Positions 1 to 16,300 of a DNA stretch of 64,000 bases are shown piece by piece. Made by a program: the position numbers and the translations under genes. Source of the stretch: Eledone cirrhosa (Eukaryota); contig OZ024757.1 in assembly GCA_964016885.1 (NCBI GenBank), positions 7,378,001 to 7,442,000 on the forward strand, read 5' to 3'. Position 1 is the first letter of the stretch. Each line of letters starts with the position of its first letter. Under the pieces are notes generated by a model. The model saw nothing but the letters and a program-made list of their open reading frames with translations. It ran no database searches and was not told the origin of the DNA.

Positions 1-240
1 ATGTACAGTATAGTGGCTATCAGACATAGTGTACTTAGGACTACATTATCTAATGTACAGTATAGTAGCTATCAGACATAGTGTACTTAGGACTACATTA
101 TCTAATGTACAGTATAGTGTCTATCAGACATAGTGTACCTAGGACTACATTATATAATGTACAGTATAGTGGCTATCAGACATAGTGTACCTAGGACTAC
201 ATTATCTAATGTACAGTATAGTGGCTATCAGACATAGTGT

Positions 241-590
241 ATCTAAGACTACATTATCTAATGTACAGTATAGTGGCTATCAGACGTAGTGTACCTAGGA
301 CTACATTATCTAATCTACAGTATAGTGGCTATCAGACATAGTGTATCTAAGACTACATTATCTAATGTACAGTATAGTGGCAATCAGATGTAGTGTACCT
401 AGGACTACATTATCTAATCTACAGTATAGTGGCTATCAGACATAGTGTATCTAAGACTACATTATCTAATGTACAGTATAGTGGCAATCAGATGTAGTGT
501 ACCTAGGACTACATTATCTAATCTACAGTATAGTGGCTATCAGACATAGTGTATCTAAGACTACATTATCTAATGTACAGTATAGTGGCT
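241..590. repeat. Short 2-monomer (104-bp) higher-order repeat, about 3 copies
   Basis: Monomers carrying TATCTAAGAC alternate with monomers carrying GA(C/T)GTAG...TAATCTAC. The GGCAATCAGATGTAG variant occurs at ~379 and ~483, 104 bp apart. Confidence 0.8.
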
Positions 591-1399
591 ATCAAACATA
601 GTGTACCTAGGACTACATTATCTAATGTACAGTATAGTGGCTATCAGATATAGTGTACATAGACTACATTATGTAATGTACAGTATAGTGTCTATCAGAC
701 AGAGTGTACCTAGGACTACATTATCTAATGTACAGTATAGTGGCTATCAGACATAGTGTATCTAGGACTACATTATCTAATGTACAGTATAGTGTCTATC
801 AGACATAGTGTATCTAGGACTACATTATCTAATGTACAGTATAGTGGCTATCAGACATAGTGTACCTAGGACTACATTATCTAATGTACAGTATAGTGGC
901 TATCAGATATAGTGTACCTAGGACTACATTATCTAATGTACAGTATACTGGCTATCAGACATAGTGTACCTAAGACTACATTATCTAATGTACAGTATAC
1001 TGGCTATCAGACATAGTGTACCTAGGACTACATTATCTAATGTACAGTATAGTAGCTATCAGACATAGTGTATCTAGGACTACATTGTATAATGTACAGT
1101 ATAGTGGCTATCAGACATAGTGTATCTAGGACTACATTATCTAATGTACAGTATAGTGGCTATCAGACATAGTGTACCTAGGACTACATTGTATAATGTA
1201 CAGTATAGTGGCTATCAGACATAGTGTATCTAGGACTACATTATCTAATGTACAGTATAGTGGCTATCAGACATAGTGTATCTAGGACTACATTATCTAA
1301 TGTACAGTATAGTGGCTATCAGACATAGTGTACCTAGGACTACATTGTATAATGTACAGTATAGTGGCTATCAGACATAGTGTATCTAGGACTACATTA

Positions 1400-4300
1400 T
1401 CTAATGTACAGTATAGTGGCTATCAGACATAGTGTACCTAGGACTACATTATCCAATGTACAGTATAGTGGCTATCAGACATAGTGTACTTAGGACTACA
1501 TTATCTAATGTACAGTATAGTAGCTATCAGACATAGTGTACTTAGGACTACATTATCTAATGTACAGTATAGTGTCTATCAGACATAGTGTACCTAGGAC
1601 TACATTATATAATGTACAGTATAGTGGCTATCAGACATAGTGTACCTAGGACTACATTATCTAATGTACAGTATAGTGGCTATCAGACATAGTGTATCTA
1701 GGACTACATTATCTAATGTACAGTATAGTGGCTATCAGATATAGTGTATCTAGGACTACATTATCTAATGTACAGTATAGTGTCTATCAGATATAGTGTA
1801 CCTAGGACTACATTATCTAATGTACAGTATAGTGGCTATCAGACATAGTGTACCTAGGACTACATTATCTAATGTACAGTATAGTGGCTATGAGACATAG
1901 TGTATATAGGACTACATTATATAATGTACAGTATAGTGTCTATCAGACATAGTGTACCTCGGACTACATTATCTAATGTACAGTATAGTGGCTATAAAAA
2001 CAGTGTATCTAGGACTACATTATCTAATGTACAGTATAGTGGCTATCAGACATAGTGTACCTAGGACTACATTATCTAATGTACAGTATAGTGGCTATCA
2101 GACATAGTGTACCTAGGACTACATTATATAATGTACAGTATAGTGGCTATCAAATATAGTGTATCTAGGACTACATTATCTAATGTACAGTATAGTGGCT
2201 ATCAGACATAGTGTACCTAGGACTACATTATCTAATGTATAGTATAGTGGTTATCAGACATAGTGTACCTAGGACTACATTATCTAATGTACAGTATAGT
2301 GGCTATCAGACATAGTGTATCTAGGACTACATTATCTAATGTATAGTATAGTGGCTATCAGACATAGTGTACCTAGGACTACATTATCTAATGTACAGTA
2401 TAGTGGCTATCAGACATAGTGTACCTAGGACTACATTATATAATGTACAGTATAGTGGCTATCAGACATAGTGTACCTAGGACTACATTATCTAATGTAC
2501 AATATAGTGGCTATCAGACATAGTGTATCTAGGACTACATTATCTAATGTACAGTATAGTGGCTATCAGACATAGTGTACCTAGTACTACATTATATAAT
2601 GTACAGTATAGTGGCTATCAGACATAGTGTATCTAGGACTACATTATCTAATGTACAGTATAGTGGCTATCAGACATAGTGTACCTAGGACTCCATTATA
2701 TAATGTACAGTATAGTGGCTATCAAACATAGTGTACCTAGGACTACATTATCTAATGTACAGTATAGTGGCTATCAGACATAGTGTACCTAGGACTACAT
2801 TAGCTAATGTACAGTATAGTGGCTATCTGACATAGTGTACCTAGGACTACATTATCTAATGTACAGTATAGTGACTATCAGACATAGTGTATCTAGGACT
2901 ACATTATCTAATCTACAGTATAGTGGCTATCAGACATAGTGTACCTAGGACTACGTTATCTAATGTACAGTATAGTGGCTATCAGACATAGTGTACCTAG
3001 GACTACATTATCTAATGTACAGTATAGTGACTATCAGACATAGTGTATCTAAGACTACATTATCTAATGTACAGTATAGTGGCTATCAGACGTAGTGTAC
3101 CTAGGACTACATTATCTAATCTACAGTATAGTGGCTATCAGACATAGTGTATCTAAGACTACATTATCTAATGTACAGTATAGTGGCTATCAGACATAGT
3201 GTATCTAGGACTACATTATATAATGTACAGTATAGTGGCTATCAGACATAGTGTATCTAAGACTACATTATCTAATGTACAGTATAGTGGCTATCAAACA
3301 TAGTGTACCTAGGACTACATTATCTAATGTACAGTATAGTGGCTATCAGACATAGTGTACCTAGGACTACATTATATAATGTACAGTAAAGTGGCTATCA
3401 GATATAGTGTATCTAGGACTACATTATCCAATGTACAGTATAGTGGCTATCAGACATAGTGTATCTAGGACTACATTATCTAATGTACAGTATAGTGGCT
3501 ATCAGATATAGTGTACCTAGACTACATTATGTAATGTACAGTATAGTGGCTATCAGACATAGTGTATCTAGGACTACATTATCTAATGTACAGTATAGTG
3601 GCTATCAGACATAGTGTACCTAGGACTACATTGTATAATGTACAGTATAGTGGCTATCAGACATAGTGTATCTAGGACTACATTATCTAATGTACAGTAT
3701 AGTGGCTATCAGACATAGTGTATCTAGGACTACATTATCTAATGTACAGTATAGTGGCTATCAGACATAGTGTACCTAGGACTACATTGTATAATGTACA
3801 GTATAGTGGCTATCAGACATAGTGTATCTAGGACTACATTATCTAATGTACAGTATAGTGGCTATCAGACATAGTGTACCTAGGACTACATTATCCAATG
3901 TACAGTATAGTGGCTATCAGACATAGTGTACTTAGGACTACATTATCTAATGTACAGTATAGTAGCTATCAGACATAGTGTACTTAGGACTACATTATCT
4001 AATGTACAGTATAGTGTCTATCAGACATAGTGTACCTAGGACTACATTATATAATGTACAGTATAGTGGCTATCAGACATAGTGTACCTAGGACTACATT
4101 ATCTAATGTACAGTATAGTGGCTATCAGACATAGTGTATCTAGGACTACATTATCTAATGTACAGTATAGTGGCTATCAGATATAGTGTATCTAGGACTA
4201 CATTATCTAATGTACAGTATAGTGTCTATCAGATATAGTGTACCTAGGACTACATTATCTAATGAACAGTATAGTGGCTATCAGACATAGTGTACCTAGG

Positions 4301-7300
4301 ACTACATTATCTAATGTACAGTATAGTGGCTATCAGACATAGTGTATATAGGACTACATTATATAATGTACAGTATAGTGTCTATCAGACATAGTGTACC
4401 TCGGACTACATTATCTAATGTACAGTATAGTGGCTATAAAAACAGTGTATCTAGGACTACATTATCTAATGTACAGTATAGTGGCTATCAGACATAGTGT
4501 ACCTAGGACTACATTATCTAATGTATAGTATAGTGGTTATCAGACATAGTGTACCTAGGACTACATTATCTAATGTACAGTATAGTGGCTATCAGACATA
4601 GTGTATCTAGGACTACATTATCTAATGTATAGTATAGTGGCTATCAGACATAGTGTACCTAGGACTACATTATCTAATGTACAGTATAGTGGCTATCAGA
4701 CATAGTGTACCTAGGACTACATTATATAATGTACAGTATAGTGGCTATCAGACATAGTGTACCTAGGACTACATTATCTAATGTACAATATAGTGGCTAT
4801 CAGACATAGTGTATCTAGGACTACATTATCTAATGTACAGTATAGTGGCTATCAGACATAGTGTACCTAGTACTACATTATATAATGTACAGTATAGTGG
4901 CTATCAGACATAGTGTATCTAGGACTACATTATCTAATGTACAGTATAGTGGCTATCAGACATAGTGTACCTAGGACTCCATTATATAATGTACAGTATA
5001 GTGGCTATCAAACATAGTGTACCTAGGACTACATTATCTAATGTACAGTATAGTGGCTATCAGACATAGTGTACCTAGGACTACATTAGCTAATGTACAG
5101 TATAGTGGCTATCTGACATAGTGTACCTAGGACTACATTATCTAATGTACAGTATAGTGACTATCAGACATAGTGTATCTAGGACTACATTATCTAATCT
5201 ACAGTATAGTGGCTATCAGACATAGTGTACCTAGGACTACGTTATCTAATGTACAGTATAGTGGCTATCAGACATAGTGTACCTAGGACTACATTATCTA
5301 ATGTACAGTATAGTGACTATCAGACATAGTGTATCTAAGACTACATTATCTAATGTACAGTATAGTGGCTATCAGACGTAGTGTACCTAGGACTACATTA
5401 TCTAATCTACAGTATAGTGGCTATCAGACATAGTGTATCTAAGACTACATTATCTAATGTACAGTATAGTGGCTATCAGACATAGTGTATCTAGGACTAC
5501 ATTATATAATGTACAGTATAGTGGCTATCAGACATAGTGTATCTAAGACTACATTATCTAATGTACAGTATAGTGGCTATCAAACATAGTGTACCTAGGA
5601 CTACATTATCTAATGTACAGTATAGTGGCTATCAGACATAGTGTACCTAGGACTACATTATATAATGTACAGTAAAGTGGCTATCAGATATAGTGTATCT
5701 AGGACTACATTATCCAATGTACAGTATAGTGGCTATCAGACATAGTGTATCTAGGACTACATTATCTAATGTACAGTATAGTGGCTATCAGATATAGTGT
5801 ACCTAGACTACATTATGTAATGTACAGTATAGTGCCTATCAGACATAGTGTATCTAGGACTACATTATCTAATGTACAGTATAGTGGCTATCAGACATAG
5901 TGTACCTAGGACTACATTGTATAATGTACAGTATAGTGGCTATCAGACATAGTGTATCTAGGACTACATTATCTAATGTACAGTATAGTGGCTATCAGAC
6001 ATAGTGTATCTAGGACTACATTATCTAATGTACAGTATAGTGGCTATCAGACATAGTGTACCTAGGACTACATTGTATAATGTACAGTATAGTGGCTATC
6101 AGACATAGTGTATCTAGGACTACATTATCTAATGTACAGTATAGTGGCTATCAGACATAGTGTACCTAGGACTACATTATCCAATGTACAGTATAGTGGC
6201 TATCAGACATAGTGTACTTAGGACTACATTATCTAATGTACAGTATAGTAGCTATCAGACATAGTGTACTTAGGACTACATTATCTAATGTACAGTATAG
6301 TGTCTATCAGACATAGTGTACCTAGGACTACATTATATAATGTACAGTATAGTGGCTATCAGACATAGTGTACCTAGGACTACATTATCTAATGTACAGT
6401 ATAGTGGCTATCAGACATAGTGTATCTAGGACTACATTATCTAATGTACAGTATAGTGGCTATCAGATATAGTGTATCTAGGACTACATTATCTAATGTA
6501 CAGTATAGTGTCTATCAGATATAGTGTACCTAGGACTACATTATCTAATGAACAGTATAGTGGCTATCAGACATAGTGTACCTAGGACTACATTATCTAA
6601 TGTACAGTATAGTGGCTATCAGACATAGTGTATATAGGACTACATTATATAATGTACAGTATAGTGTCTATCAGACATAGTGTACCTCGGACTACATTAT
6701 CTAATGTACAGTATAGTGGCTATAAAAACAGTGTATCTAGGACTACATTATCTAATGTACAGTATAGTGGCTATCAGACATAGTGTACCTAGGACTACAT
6801 TATCTAATGTACAGTATAGTGGCTATCAGACATAGTGTACCTAGGACTACATTATATAATGTACAGTATAGTGGCTATCAGACATAGTGTACCTAGGACT
6901 ACATTATATAATGTACAGTATAGTGGCTATCAGACATAGTGTACCTAGGACTACATTATCTAATGTACAGTATAGTGGCTATCAGACATAGTGTATCTAG
7001 GACTACATTATCTAATGTACAGTATAGTGGCTATCAGACATAGTGTACCTAGTACTACATTATATAATGTACAGTATAGTGGCTATCAGACATAGTGTAT
7101 CTAGGACTACATTATCTAATGTACAGTATAGTGGCTATCAGACATAGTGTACCTAGGACTACATTATCTAATGTACAGTATAGTGGCTATCAGACATAGT
7201 GTACCTAGGACTCCATTATATAATGTACAGTATAGTGGCTATCAAACATAGTGTACCTAGGACTACATTATCTAATGTACAGTATAGTGGCTATCAGACA

Positions 7301-10300
7301 TAGTGTACCTAGGACTACATTAGCTAATGTACAGTATAGTGGCTATCTGACATAGTGTACCTAGGACTACATTATCTAATGTACAGTATAGTGACTATCA
7401 GACATAGTGTATCTAGGACTACATTATCTAATCTACAGTATAGTGGCTATCAGACATAGTGTACCTAGGACTACGTTATCTAATGTACAGTATAGTGGCT
7501 ATCAGACATAGTGTACCTAGGACTACATTATCTAATGTACAGTATAGTGACTATCAGACATAGTGTATCTAAGACTACATTATCTAATGTACAGTATAGT
7601 GGCTATCAGACGTAGTGTACCTAGGACTACATTATCTAATCTACAGTATAGTGGCTATCAGACATAGTGTATCTAAGACTACATTATCTAATGTACAGTA
7701 TAGTGGCTATCAGACATAGTGTATCTAGGACTACATTATATAATGTACAGTATAGTGGCTATCAGACATAGTGTATCTAAGACTACATTATCTAATGTAC
7801 AGTATAGTGGCTATCACACATAGTGTACCTAGGACTACATTATCTAATGTACAGTATAGTGGCTATCAGACATAATGTACCTAGGACTACATTATATAAT
7901 GTACAGTAAAGTGGCTATCAGATATAGTGTATCTAGGACTACATTATCCAATGTACAGTATAGTGGCTATCAGACATAGTGTATCTAGGACTACATTATC
8001 TAATGTACAGTATAGTGGCTATCAGATATAGTGTACCTAGACTACATTATGTAATGTACAGTATAGTGGCTATCAGACATAGTGTATCTAGGACTACATT
8101 ATCTAATGTACAGTATAGTGGCTATCAGACATAGTGTACCTAGGACTACATTGTATAATGTACAGTATAGTGGCTATCAGACATAGTGTATCTAGGACTA
8201 CATTATCTAATGTACAGTATAGTGGCTATCAGACATAGTGTATCTAGGACTACATTATCTAATGTACAGTATAGTGGCTATCAGACATAGTGTACCTAGG
8301 ACTACATTGTATAATGTACAGTATAGTGGCTATCAGACATAGTGTATCTAGGACTACATTATCTAATGTACAGTATAGTGGCTATCAGACATAGTGTATC
8401 TAAGACTACATTATCTAATGTACAGTATAGTGGCTATCAGACATAGTGTATCTAGGATTACATTATATAATGTACAGTATAGTGGCTATCAGACATAGTG
8501 TATCTAAGACTACATTATCTAATGTACAGTATAGTGGCAATCAGATGTAGTGTACCTAGGACTACATTATCTAATCTACAGTATAGTGGCTATCAGACAT
8601 AGTGTATCTAAGACTACATTATCTAATGTACAGTATAGTGGCTATCAAACATAGTGTACCTAGGACTACATTATCTAATGTACAGTATAGTGGCTATCAG
8701 ACATAGTGTACCTAGGACTACATTATATAATGTACAGTATAGTGGCTATCAGATATAGTGTATCTAGGACTACATTATCTAATGTACAGTATAGTGGCTA
8801 TCAGACATAGTGTATCTAGGACTACATTATCTAATGTACAGTATAGTGGCTATCAGACATAGTGTATCTAAGACTACATTATCTAATGTACAGTATAGTG
8901 GCTATCAGACATAGTGTACCTAGGACTACATTATCTAATGTACAGTATAGTGGCTATCAAATATAGTGTACATAGACTACATTATGTAATGTACAGTATA
9001 GTGTCTATCAGACAGAGTGTACCTAGGACTACATTATCTAATGTACAGTATAGTGGCTATCAGACATAGTGTATCTAGGACTACATTATCTAATGTACAG
9101 TATAGTGTCTATCAGACATAGTGTATCTAGGACTACATTATCTAATGTACAGTATAGTGGCTATCAGACATAGTGTACCTAGGACTACATTATCTAATGT
9201 ACAGTATAGTGGCTATCAGATATAGTGTACCTAGGACTACATTATCTAATGTACAGTATACTGGCTATCAGACATAGTGTACCTAAGACTACATTATCTA
9301 ATGTACAGTATACTGGCTATCAGACATAGTGTACCTAGGACTACATTATCTAATGTACAGTATAGTAGCTATCAGACATAGTGTATCTAGGACTACATTG
9401 TATAATGTACAGTATAGTGGCTATCAGACATAGTGTATCTAGGACTACATTATCTAATGTACAGTATAGTGGCTATCAGACATAGTGTACCTAGGACTAC
9501 ATTGTATAATGTACAGTATAGTGGCTATCAGACATAGTGTATCTAGGACTACATTATCTAATGTACAGTATAGTGGCTATCAGACATAGTGTATCTAGGA
9601 CTACATTATCTAATGTACAGTATAGTGGCTATCAGACATAGTGTACCTAGGACTACATTGTATAATGTACAGTATAGTGGCTATCAGACATAGTGTATCT
9701 AGGACTACATTATCTAATGTACAGTATAGTGGCTATCAGACATAGTGTACCTAGGACTACATTATCCAATGTACAGTATAGTGGCTATCAGACATAGTGT
9801 ACTTAGGACTACATTATCTAATGTACAGTATAGTAGCTATCAGACATAGTGTACTTAGGACTACATTATCTAATGTACAGTATAGTGTCTATCAGACATA
9901 GTGTACCTAGGACTACATTATATAATGTACAGTATAGTGGCTATCAGACATAGTGTACCTAGGACTACATTATCTAATGTACAGTATAGTGGCTATCAGA
10001 CATAGTGTATCTAGGACTACATTATCTAATGTACAGTATAGTGGCTATCAGATATAGTGTATCTAGGACTACATTATCTAATGTACAGTATAGTGTCTAT
10101 CAGATATAGTGTACCTAGGACTACATTATCTAATGTACAGTATAGTGGCTATCAGACATAGTGTACCTAGGACTACATTATCTAATGTACAGTATAGTGG
10201 CTATCAGACATAGTGTATATAGGACTACATTATATAATGTACAGTATAGTGTCTATCAGACATAGTGTACCTCGGACTACATTATCTAATGTACAGTATA

Positions 10301-13300
10301 GTGGCTATAAAAACAGTGTACCTAGGACTACATTATCTAATGTACAGTATAGTGGCTATCAGACATAGTGTACCTAGGACTACATTATCTAATGTACAGT
10401 ATAGTGGCTATCAGACATAGTGTACCTAGGACTACATTATATAATGTACAGTATAGTGGCTATCAAATATAGTGTATCTAGGACTACATTATCTAATGTA
10501 CAGTATAGTGGCTATCAGACATAGTGTACCTAGGACTACATTATCTAATGTATAGTATAGTGGTTATCAGACATAGTGTACCTAGGACTACATTATCTAA
10601 TGTACAGTATAGTGGCTATCAGACATAGTGTATCTAGGACTACATTATCTAATGTATAGTATAGTGGCTATCAGACATAGTGTACCTAGGACTACATTAT
10701 CTAATGTACAGTATAGTGGCTATCAGACATAGTGTACCTAGGACTACATTATATAATGTACAGTATAGTGGCTATCAGACATAGTGTACCTAGGACTACA
10801 TTATCTAATGTACAGTATAGTGGCTATCAGACATAGTGTATCTAGGACTACATTATCTAATGTACAGTATAGTGGCTATCAGACATAGTGTACCTAGTAC
10901 TACATTATATAATGTACAGTATAGTGGCTATCAGACATAGTGTATCTAGGACTACATTATCTAATGTACAGTATAGTGGCTATCAGACATAGTGTACCTA
11001 GGACTACATTATCTAATGTACAGTATAGTGGCTATCAGACATAGTGTACCTAGGACTCCATTATATAATGTACAGTATAGTGGCTATCAAACATAGTGTA
11101 CCTAGGACTACATTATCTAATGTACAGTATAGTGGCTATCAGACATAGTGTACCTAGGACTACATTAGCTAATGTACAGTATAGTGGCTATCTGACATAG
11201 TGTACCTAGGACTACATTATCTAATGTACAGTATAGTGACTATCAGACATAGTGTATCTAGGACTACATTATCTAATCTACAGTATAGTGGCTATCAGAC
11301 ATAGTGTACCTAGGACTACGTTATCTAATGTACAGTATAGTGGCTATCAGACATAGTGTACCTAGGACTACATTATCTAATGTACAGTATAGTGACTATC
11401 AGACATAGTGTATCTAAGACTACATTATCTAATGTACAGTATAGTGGCTATCAGACGTAGTGTACCTAGGACTACATTATCTAATCTACAGTATAGTGGC
11501 TATCAGACATAGTGTATCTAAGACTACATTATCTAATGTACAGTATAGTGGCTATCAGACATAGTGTATCTAGGACTACATTATATAATGTACAGTATAG
11601 TGGCTATCAGACATAGTGTATCTAAGACTACATTATCTAATGTACAGTATAGTGGCTATCAAACATAGTGTACCTAGGACTACATTATCTAATGTACAGT
11701 ATAGTGGCTATCAGACATAGTGTACCTAGGACTACATTATATAATGTACAGTAAAGTGGCTATCAGATATAGTGTATCTAGGACTACATTATCCAATGTA
11801 CAGTATAGTGGCTATCAGACATAGTGTATCTAGGACTACATTATCTAATGTACAGTATAGTGGCTATCAGATATAGTGTACCTAGACTACATTATGTAAT
11901 GTACAGTATAGTGGCTATCAGACATAGTGTATCTAGGACTACATTATCTAATGTACAGTATAGTGGCTATCAGACATAGTGTACCTAGGACTACATTGTA
12001 TAATGTACAGTATAGTGGCTATCAGACATAGTGTATCTAGGACTACATTATCTAATGTACAGTATAGTGGCTATCAGACATAGTGTATCTAGGACTACAT
12101 TATCTAATGTACAGTATAGTGGCTATCAGACATAGTGTACCTAGGACTACATTGTATAATGTACAGTATAGTGGCTATCAGACATAGTGTATCTAGGACT
12201 ACATTATCTAATGTACAGTATAGTGGCTATCAGACATAGTGTACCTAGGACTACATTATCTAATGTACAGTATAGTGGCTATCAGACATAGTGTACCTAG
12301 GACTACATTATATATTGTACAGTATAGTGGCTATCAGACATAGTGTACCTAGGACTACATTATCTAATGTACAGTATAGTGGCTATCAGACATAGTGTAT
12401 CTAGGACTACATTATCTAATGTACAGTATAGTGGCTATCAGATATAGTGTATCTAGGACTACATTATCTAATGTACAGTATAGTGTCTATCAGATATAGT
12501 GTACCTAGGACTACATTATCTAATGTACAGTATAGTGGCTATCAGACATAGTGTACCTAGGACTACATTATCTAATGTACAGTATAGTGGCTATCAGACA
12601 TAGTGTACCTAGGACTACATTATCTAATGTACAGTATAGTGGCTATCAGACATAGTGTACCTAGGACTACATTATATAATGTACAGTATAGTGGCTATCA
12701 AATATAGTGTATCTAGGACTACATTATCTAATGTACAGTATAGTGGCTATCAGACATAGTGTACCTAGGGCTACATTATATAATGTACAGTATAGTGGCT
12801 ATCAGACATAGTGTACCTAGGACTACATTATCTAATGTATAGTATAGTGGTTATCAGACATAGTGTACCTAGGACTACATTATCTAATGTACAGTATAGT
12901 GGCTATCAGACATAGTGTACCTAGGACTACATTATATAATGTACAGTATAGTGTCTATCAGACATAGTGTACCTAGGACTACATTATCTAATGTACAGTA
13001 TAGTGGCTATCAGACATAGTGTACCTAGGACTACATTATCTAATGTACAGTATAGTGGCTATCAGACATAGTGTATATAGGACTACATTATATAATGTAC
13101 AGTATAGTGTCTATCAGACATAGTGTACCTCGGACTACATTATCTAATGTACAGTATAGTGGCTATAAAAACAGTGTATCTAGGACTACATTATCTAATG
13201 TACAGTATAGTGGCTATCAGACATAGTGTACCTAGGACTACATTATCTAATGTACAGTATAGTGGCTATCAGACATAGTGTACCTAGGACTACATTATAT

Positions 13301-16300
13301 AATGTACAGTATAGTGGCTATCAGACATAGTGTACCTAGGACTACGTTATCTAATATACAGTATAGTGGCTATCAGACATAGTGTACCTAGGACTACATT
13401 ATCTAATGTACAGTATAGTGACTATCAGACATAGTGTATCTAAGACTACATTATCTAATGTACAGTATAGTGGCTATCAGACGTAGTGTACCTAGGACTA
13501 CATTATCTAATCTACAGTATAGTGGCTATCAGACATAGTGTATCTAAGACTACATTATCTAATGTACAGTATAGTGGCTATCAGACATAGTGTATCTAGG
13601 ACTACATTATATAATGTACAGTATAGTGGCTATCAGACATAGTGTATCTAAGACTACATTATCTAATGTACAGTATAGTGGCTATCAAACATAGTGTACC
13701 TAGGACTACATTATCTAATGTACAGTATAGTGGCTATCAGACATAGTGTACCTAGGACTACATTATATAATGTACAGTAAAGTGGCTATCAGATATAGTG
13801 TATCTAGGACTACATTATCCAATGTACAGTATAGTGGCTATCAGACATAGTGTATCTAGGACTACATTATCTAATGTACAGTATAGTGGCTATCAGATAT
13901 AGTGTACCTAGACTACATTATGTAATGTACAGTATAGTGGCTATCAGACATAGTGTATCTAGGACTACATTATCTAATGTACAGTATAGTGGCTATCAGA
14001 CATAGTGTACCTAGGACTACATTGTATAATGTACAGTATAGTGGCTATCAGACATAGTGTATCTAGGACTACATTATCTAATGTACAGTATAGTGGCTAT
14101 CAGACATAGTGTATCTAGGACTACATTATCTAATGTACAGTATAGTGGCTATCAGACATAGTGTACCTAGGACTACATTGTATAATGTACAGTATAGTGG
14201 CTATCAGACATAGTGTATCTAGGACTACATTATCTAATGTACAGTATAGTGGCTATCAGACATAGTGTATCTAAGACTACATTATCTAATGTACAGTATA
14301 GTGGCTATCAGACATAGTGTATCTAGGATTACATTATATAATGTACAGTATAGTGGCTATCAAACATAGTGTACCTAGGACTACATTATCTAATGTACAG
14401 TATAGTGGCTATCAGACATAGTGTACCTAGGACTACATTATATAATGTACAGTATAGTGGCTATCAGATATAGTGTATCTAGGACTACATTATCTAATGT
14501 ACAGTATAGTGGCTATCAGACATAGTGTATCTAGGACTACATTATCTAATGTACAGTATAGTGGCTATCAGATATAGTGTATCTAGGACTACATTATCTA
14601 ATGTACAGTATAGTGGCTATCAGACATAGTGTATCTAGGACTACATTATCTAATGTACAGTATAGTGTCTATCAGACATAGTGTATCTAGGACTACATTA
14701 TCTAATGTACAGTATAGTGGCTATCAGACATAGTGTACCTAGGACTACATTATCTAATGTACAGTATAGTGGCTATCAGATATAGTGTACCTAGGACTAC
14801 ATTATCTAATGTACAGTATACTGGCTATCAGACATAGTGTACCTAAGACTACATTATCTAATGTACAGTATACTGGCTATCAGACATAGTGTACCTAGGA
14901 CTACATTATCTAATGTACAGTATAGTAGCTATCAGACATAGTGTATCTAGGACTACATTGTATAATGTACAGTATAGTGGCTATCAGACATAGTGTATCT
15001 AGGACTACATTATCTAATGTACAGTATAGTGGCTATCAGACATAGTGTACCTAGGACTACATTGTATAATGTACAGTATAGTGGCTATCAGACATAGTGT
15101 ATCTAGGACTACATTATCTAATGTACAGTATAGTGGCTATCAGACATAGTGTATCTAGGACTACATTATCTAATGTACAGTATAGTGGCTATCAGACATA
15201 GTGTACCTAGGACTACATTGTATAATGTACAGTATAGTGGCTATCAGACATAGTGTATCTAGGACTACATTATCTAATGTACAGTATAGTGGCTATCAGA
15301 CATAGTGTACCTAGGACTACATTATCCAATGTACAGTATAGTGGCTATCAGACATAGTGTATCTAGGACTACATTATCTAATGTACAGTATAGTGGCTAT
15401 CAGATATAGTGTATCTAGGACTACATTATCTAATGTACAGTATAGTGTCTATCAGATATAGTGTACCTAGGACTACATTATCTAATGTACAGTATAGTGG
15501 CTATCAGACATAGTGTACCTAGGACTACATTATCTAATGTACAGTATAGTGGCTATCAGACATAGTGTATATAGGACTACATTATATAATGTACAGTATA
15601 GTGTCTATCAGACATAGTGTACCTCGGACTACATTATCTAATGTACAGTATAGTGGCTATAAAAACAGTGTACCTAGGACTACATTATCTAATGTACAGT
15701 ATAGTGGCTATCAGACATAGTGTACCTAGGACTACATTATCTAATGTACAGTATAGTGGCTATCAGACATAGTGTACCTAGGACTACATTATATAATGTA
15801 CAGTATAGTGGCTATCAAATATAGTGTATCTAGGACTACATTATCTAATGTACAGTATAGTGGCTATCAGACATAGTGTACCTAGGACTACATTATCTAA
15901 TGTATAGTATAGTGGTTATCAGACATAGTGTACCTAGGACTACATTATCAAATGTACAGTATAGTGGCTATCAGACATAGTGTATCTAGGACTACATTAT
16001 CTAATGTATAGTATAGTGGCTATCAGACATAGTGTACCTAGGACTACATTATCTAATGTACAGTATAGTGGCTATCAGACATAGTGTACCTAGGACTACA
16101 TTATATAATGTACAGTATAGTGGCTATCAGACATAGTGTACCTAGGACTACATTATCTAATGTACAGTATAGTGGCTATCAGACATAGTGTATCTAGGAC
16201 TACATTATCTAATGTACAGTATAGTGGCTATCAGACATAGTGTACCTAGTACTACATTATATAATGTACAGTATAGTGGCTATCAGACATAGTGTATCTA

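Noticed and set aside
1991-2003. TATAAAA TATA-box-like motif in the TAAAAACAG variant, and TATAAT (-10-like) in the loop variant
   Set aside because: These are chance matches in an AT-rich repeat, with no downstream gene or other promoter elements. Transcription cannot be inferred without RNA data.
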